This document shows positions 60,669-64,000 of a stretch of 64,000 nt of DNA, in pieces. A program made the translations under genes and the position numbers. The DNA is from an uncultured Bacteroidales bacterium. Lineage in GTDB: Bacteria > Bacteroidota > Bacteroidia > Bacteroidales > Muribaculaceae. Position 1 is the first letter of the stretch. Each line of letters begins with the position of its first letter. The notes beneath the pieces were generated by a model. That model made no database searches, had not been told where the DNA came from, and saw only the letters and a list, made by a program, of their open reading frames with translations. Location: assembly GCA_905210435.1 (NCBI GenBank), contig CAJLWO010000001.1:42652-106651 (forward strand), in the 5' to 3' direction.

Positions 60669-63097
60669 CGTCCCGCCATCACTTTTCTGACCGTACGCGA
60701 GCCGTCGCCGAGCACTGCCTCAACGACATATACCCCACCCCCGTTTACCTGCAACTGCGCGGACGCCGTCATCGGCGCGGTGACCGCCACACGCCGCCCG
60801 GCCACATCGGTCAAAGTCAGCGATTCAATGACATCGCCGGCCTCGACCACAATGATTTTGCCGCATACATTCACACTGACACGTGCGCTCTCATCGGCCG
60901 TAACATTGCCGACACCCGACATCTGATACGCCTCCAGGCGCACGCTCTCCACATTTTCACTCGGCGTGACGGTATATTCTGGCGACTGCACCTCATACTT
61001 ATTCCTCCGCCCCGTCTTGGCCGTGACCGTCACTTTCCACCCCATATCGGGATTGTCGCTCCTGACAGTCATGCCGCGACCCGTAGGCCACTTCCCCTCG
61101 AACGTATCACCCTTGACTTCGATACCGTTGATACTGATTACGGACTGTGCCCCGTCCACACTCACCGCCACCGGCGAGCCGAGCCCGAAATAGCTGCATA
61201 TGATACCGGGCATCGCCTCCGTACGCTGCGCGCACCACTGCTTCAGATTGTCCACGCGGTGCACCCACCCCTCATAACTTATAGGATTGCCGTAGCACAG
61301 AAGGTGTGCGCGATACTCCGGAGCAAGCTCATCGCGCTGCTCGTCGATAAGCGCCGCCGTGCACGCCGGGCGCAGGAAATCGCCGAGATACACGAAGAAT
61401 CGGTCGATGAACGGCTCGCGGAACTCCTCCATCGCCGTCATCACCTTGAACAGTTTCACCGCATGATGCGCGTTGCCCTCGCCGATATTGCCGTAGGCAT
61501 AGTCGCCGGTGTGCAGCACGAAATCAAAATAGTTGAAATCAGCCGGATTTGACGCTAAGAAATCGAGGTCTTTCATAATCCAGCGCCATTTGCCGCCTTC
61601 GGCTGTCGGGCGCCACATCACGATATTGTTGCCCGGGAAGTCGGTGTTCGTGGCCCATACGTTGGCGATATACAGGTTGGCGAAATTCTCCACATCGATG
61701 GCCTTCTCCATCTGCTCATAGCTCGGATTGCCCTCATACAGGCGCTTCAGCTCCTCGAAACTGTCGGTAGTACCCGCTTTCAGCTCCTCCCAGTTCTCAA
61801 GCATGTCGATATCCTCCAGCCCGTCGTAACAATCCTCGACATAATCCTCGTTTGAGCGCTGGCGCAACGCGTATATACCGCGGTATTTGCCGTTGATATA
61901 GCATATCACGGGCCGGTAGGCCTGCCAGTCGAGATTGTCGCAGTTGCGGCCGAACAGCGTCTGCACGAACGAGTCATTGATACGCGCCTCGCCGAAACAG
62001 TTGCCGCCGTTGCGCAGCACGAATGATTTCGACTTCTTCACGTCGGGCTTGTCGCTCCAGAACGGATAGCTGTATTTCTTCGTACCGAAACGCTTGTTGG
62101 AATACACTGCAAACGATTTCTGCGGCTGGTTTCTCGACCATCCGCCATGTATCCTGAATTCCCCGAGCTGGTTTATGGGACTCTCCTTCCCCGACTCGTA
62201 GAAATACTCCACATTGACCGGACGCCGCCAGTCCTCGTTGAAATTCATCCATATCCCCATATCGGGGTCGTCAATATAGTCCTGGTTGGTGTTCAGCGAT
62301 ATGATAGGAATATCCACCTCGCGCGAGTGATAGATATAGGAATGCGTCGTGGCGCGGGGCGATATTGCCTCCGCCGATATAAGTTTGGCACGGAGCACCA
62401 TCGACTGCGACGTGCGCGCGGTGTACTCCCTGTCATAACCCGGAGAGTCAGGTGTCGGCTCGGAGCCGTCGGTCGTCACATACAGCCGCGTGTCGGCCGG
62501 CAGGTCGACACCCTCGGGAATGCTTATCGTCACCTCCTCGATTTTCTTCACATTGTAACGCGCATTGCCCTTGACCGAGAACACCGGTTCGGGCAGCACC
62601 GTAGCCGTGACACCCCCGCCGTTGGCGGCGCGAGGCGTTGGTGTCAGCTCATACCCCCATTCGTCGCCGGCATCCTCCGTGCGGCCGTAACCCACATTGG
62701 GCGCCGGCATCTTGGGGTATGACACACAGTCGACAACCTCCCCCTGCGGATTGAACAGATACAGTTTTCCCTTGCCCGAATCAAGGCGGAAATCGGTATG
62801 ATGTCCCGTCCCTACCTTGTCGCAGTAAATCACGGTGTAACCGTTGCGCCCCACGCCAACCGAACGGTTGAGCACAAATGCCTTTTCAAAGTCCTCGCTG
62901 TCGCCCACACGGTAGTTGGTAAGGCGCACGGCGTTGTCGCTGTCATTATATATCTCGAACCATGAATCCGGGAAATCGCCGCCGGCAAATACGCAGTCGA
63001 TATTCGACTGCATCAGTTCGTTAATCCACAATTTGGCGTCGGCCTGTATCCCGACAAACATCAGCGCCACCGCGCCGACAGCATATCTCTTTTTCAT
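60665..63097 (-). CDS. CotH kinase-family protein with N-terminal lamin-tail-like domain and T9SS C-terminal domain
   Basis: Signal peptide; LWINELMQSNID (LTD-like); CotH core (KKSKSFVLRNGGNCFGEARINDSF...ICYINGKYRGIYALRQR); C-terminal beta-strand-rich tail. Confidence 0.65.
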   Translation of the reverse strand: MKKRYAVGAVALMFVGIQADAKLWINELMQSNIDCVFAGGDFPDSWFEIYNDSDNAVRLTNYRVGDSEDFEKAFVLNRSVGVGRNGYTVIYCDKVGTGHHTDFRLDSGKGKLYLFNPQGEVVDCVSYPKMPAPNVGYGRTEDAGDEWGYELTPTPRAANGGGVTATVLPEPVFSVKGNARYNVKKIEEVTISIPEGVDLPADTRLYVTTDGSEPTPDSPGYDREYTARTSQSMVLRAKLISAEAISPRATTHSYIYHSREVDIPIISLNTNQDYIDDPDMGIWMNFNEDWRRPVNVEYFYESGKESPINQLGEFRIHGGWSRNQPQKSFAVYSNKRFGTKKYSYPFWSDKPDVKKSKSFVLRNGGNCFGEARINDSFVQTLFGRNCDNLDWQAYRPVICYINGKYRGIYALRQRSNEDYVEDCYDGLEDIDMLENWEELKAGTTDSFEELKRLYEGNPSYEQMEKAIDVENFANLYIANVWATNTDFPGNNIVMWRPTAEGGKWRWIMKDLDFLASNPADFNYFDFVLHTGDYAYGNIGEGNAHHAVKLFKVMTAMEEFREPFIDRFFVYLGDFLRPACTAALIDEQRDELAPEYRAHLLCYGNPISYEGWVHRVDNLKQWCAQRTEAMPGIICSYFGLGSPVAVSVDGAQSVISINGIEVKGDTFEGKWPTGRGMTVRSDNPDMGWKVTVTAKTGRRNKYEVQSPEYTVTPSENVESVRLEAYQMSGVGNVTADESARVSVNVCGKIIVVEAGDVIESLTLTDVAGRRVAVTAPMTASAQLQVNGGGVYVVEAVLGDGSRTVRKVMAGR

Positions 63098-63234
63098 GGT
63101 TATATATTTGTTACAGCCGGTAGGGACGCAGTGGGGCGGGGGTGTCTCGCCCCCGCGGTATTAATCTCGGAAAATTACACCGAGGGCGAGACGCCCTCGC
63201 CCCACTTTATCATCCCCATTGACGGGTATTATAT

Positions 63235-64000
63235 TTACTTCACTTCAACTTCGCCGTGGAGACGGATATCGTCGGACGATGCGCCCACGTATATCTCGTA
63301 ACGACCCTGCGGGGTCACGAAGCCGCCGGTATTATCGTCCCAGTAACGCAGCTCGGCATACGGGATATTCACCTTCACGGTCTCCGACTTGCCGCGTGGC
63401 ACGCTGATGCGCTCGAATCCGCGCAACTGCTTGATAGGCATATATGTGCCCGTATCGGGATATTTCACATACACCTGCGCCACCTCGTCGCCGTCGCGCT
63501 TGCCGGTGTTGCGCACCTTGAAGCTGATGTCAACACCATCGGCTGTTGTGTCCACCTTGAGGTCACTGTATTTGAACTTGGTATAGCTCAGTCCGTAGCC
63601 GAATTCATACAACGGCTTGCCTGTGAAATACTGGTAGGTGCGGCCCGGGCCGTTGACGAGCGAATAGTCGTCGAATTCGGGAAGATCGTCCATCGAGCGG
63701 TAGAACGTAAGAGGCAGACGTCCGCCGGGGTTGTATTCGCCGAACAGCGCCTCGGCCACTGCATTTCCACCCTGCTCGCCGGGATACCACGCATAGAGTA
63801 TCGCGGGGATATTCTCGTCAATCCAGTTGATGGCGAGCGAGCTTCCGGCCACCATCACCACCACCGTGTTGGGATTGATTTTGTATATCTCCTTTATGAA
63901 TTCCTGCTGGTCGGCGGGGAGTTCGAGTGTATAGCGGTCCTGACCCTCGCGTTCGATTGATTTGTCGATACCCATTACCGCGATGGTCATATCGGCCTCA
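63235..64000 (-). CDS. Glycoside hydrolase family 3 (beta-glucosidase-like), C-terminal portion; N-terminus beyond window end
   Basis: GH3 C-terminal and Fn3-like domain (PLYEFGYGLSYTKFKYSDL...AQVYVKYP...LRGFERISV); reading frame open to nt 64000. Confidence 0.75.
   Translation of the reverse strand, partial: EADMTIAVMGIDKSIEREGQDRYTLELPADQQEFIKEIYKINPNTVVVMVAGSSLAINWIDENIPAILYAWYPGEQGGNAVAEALFGEYNPGGRLPLTFYRSMDDLPEFDDYSLVNGPGRTYQYFTGKPLYEFGYGLSYTKFKYSDLKVDTTADGVDISFKVRNTGKRDGDEVAQVYVKYPDTGTYMPIKQLRGFERISVPRGKSETVKVNIPYAELRYWDDNTGGFVTPQGRYEIYVGASSDDIRLHGEVEVK

Noticed and set aside
1-64000. CRISPR arrays, phage structural genes, toxin-antitoxin or restriction-modification operons
   Set aside because: No regularly spaced direct repeats with unique spacers were found. 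The only tandem repeats are the 12-bp x4 in-frame repeat, the 9-bp x5 array and a 16-bp x2 repeat. No cas, terminase, capsid or R-M motifs were recognised in any ORF.

Overview
This window looks like a high-GC (about 58-60%) Bacteroidales chromosomal segment with roughly 45 protein-coding genes, three tRNA genes (Asp, Pro, Ser) and two mobile-DNA loci. Coding density is high, and most intergenic gaps contain hairpin terminators or repeated elements.

The recognisable genes are listed below; all strand arrows are as read from the ORF track.
- hemD with its usual DUF4271 neighbour, a LOG-family protein overlapping a Na/Pi-cotransporter/PhoU gene, and a U32 peptidase.
- A TrpB-like PLP enzyme and folB.
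- A starch locus: a GLUG-repeat protein with a T9SS sorting domain directly upstream of a GH13 alpha-amylase.
- An EnvC-like M23 peptidase overlapping a Wzx-like flippase.
- A xylose operon (xylB-xylA-sugar porter).
- DJ-1/PfpI, apbE, an RprY/RprX-like two-component pair, an RsmB/F-type methyltransferase and an acyltransferase-3.
- A PfkB kinase with a FucP-type MFS permease, GT2, an EamA transporter, and a TonB-dependent receptor with a 689-aa lipoprotein partner.
- rnhB, ROK kinase, manA, two AraC regulators, a MATE pump, GH2, DUF3108, tdk, recA and a partial GH3 gene.
- Two secreted CotH-kinase-family proteins with T9SS tails, one of them co-transcribed with a DUF1573 gene.

The two findings I rate highest are these. 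(1) A complete IS21-family element (istA/istB with multi-repeat terminal IRs) sits beside an AT-rich remnant of an NBU2-type mobilizable transposon. The remnant carries lnu(AN2)-like and mef(En2)-like resistance genes and abuts the 3' end of tRNA-Ser. (2) An AT-rich single-gene cassette, flanked by 23-bp direct repeats, encodes a COG2865-type AlbA_2/Schlafen-GHKL-HTH protein with an in-frame 12-bp x4 tandem repeat.

The non-coding DNA also holds a family of about 80-120 bp doubly palindromic REP/MITE-like elements (TGTAGGG...TTATCAGCTGAT...CCCTACA) in at least six intergenic copies, two further short repeat families, a 9-bp periodic GTCNGAC x5 array, and a 26-bp dyad inside the xyl operon. I found no CRISPR array and no canonical phage or defence operon. 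All calls rest on reading the supplied ORF translations and the DNA by eye; no searches were run.
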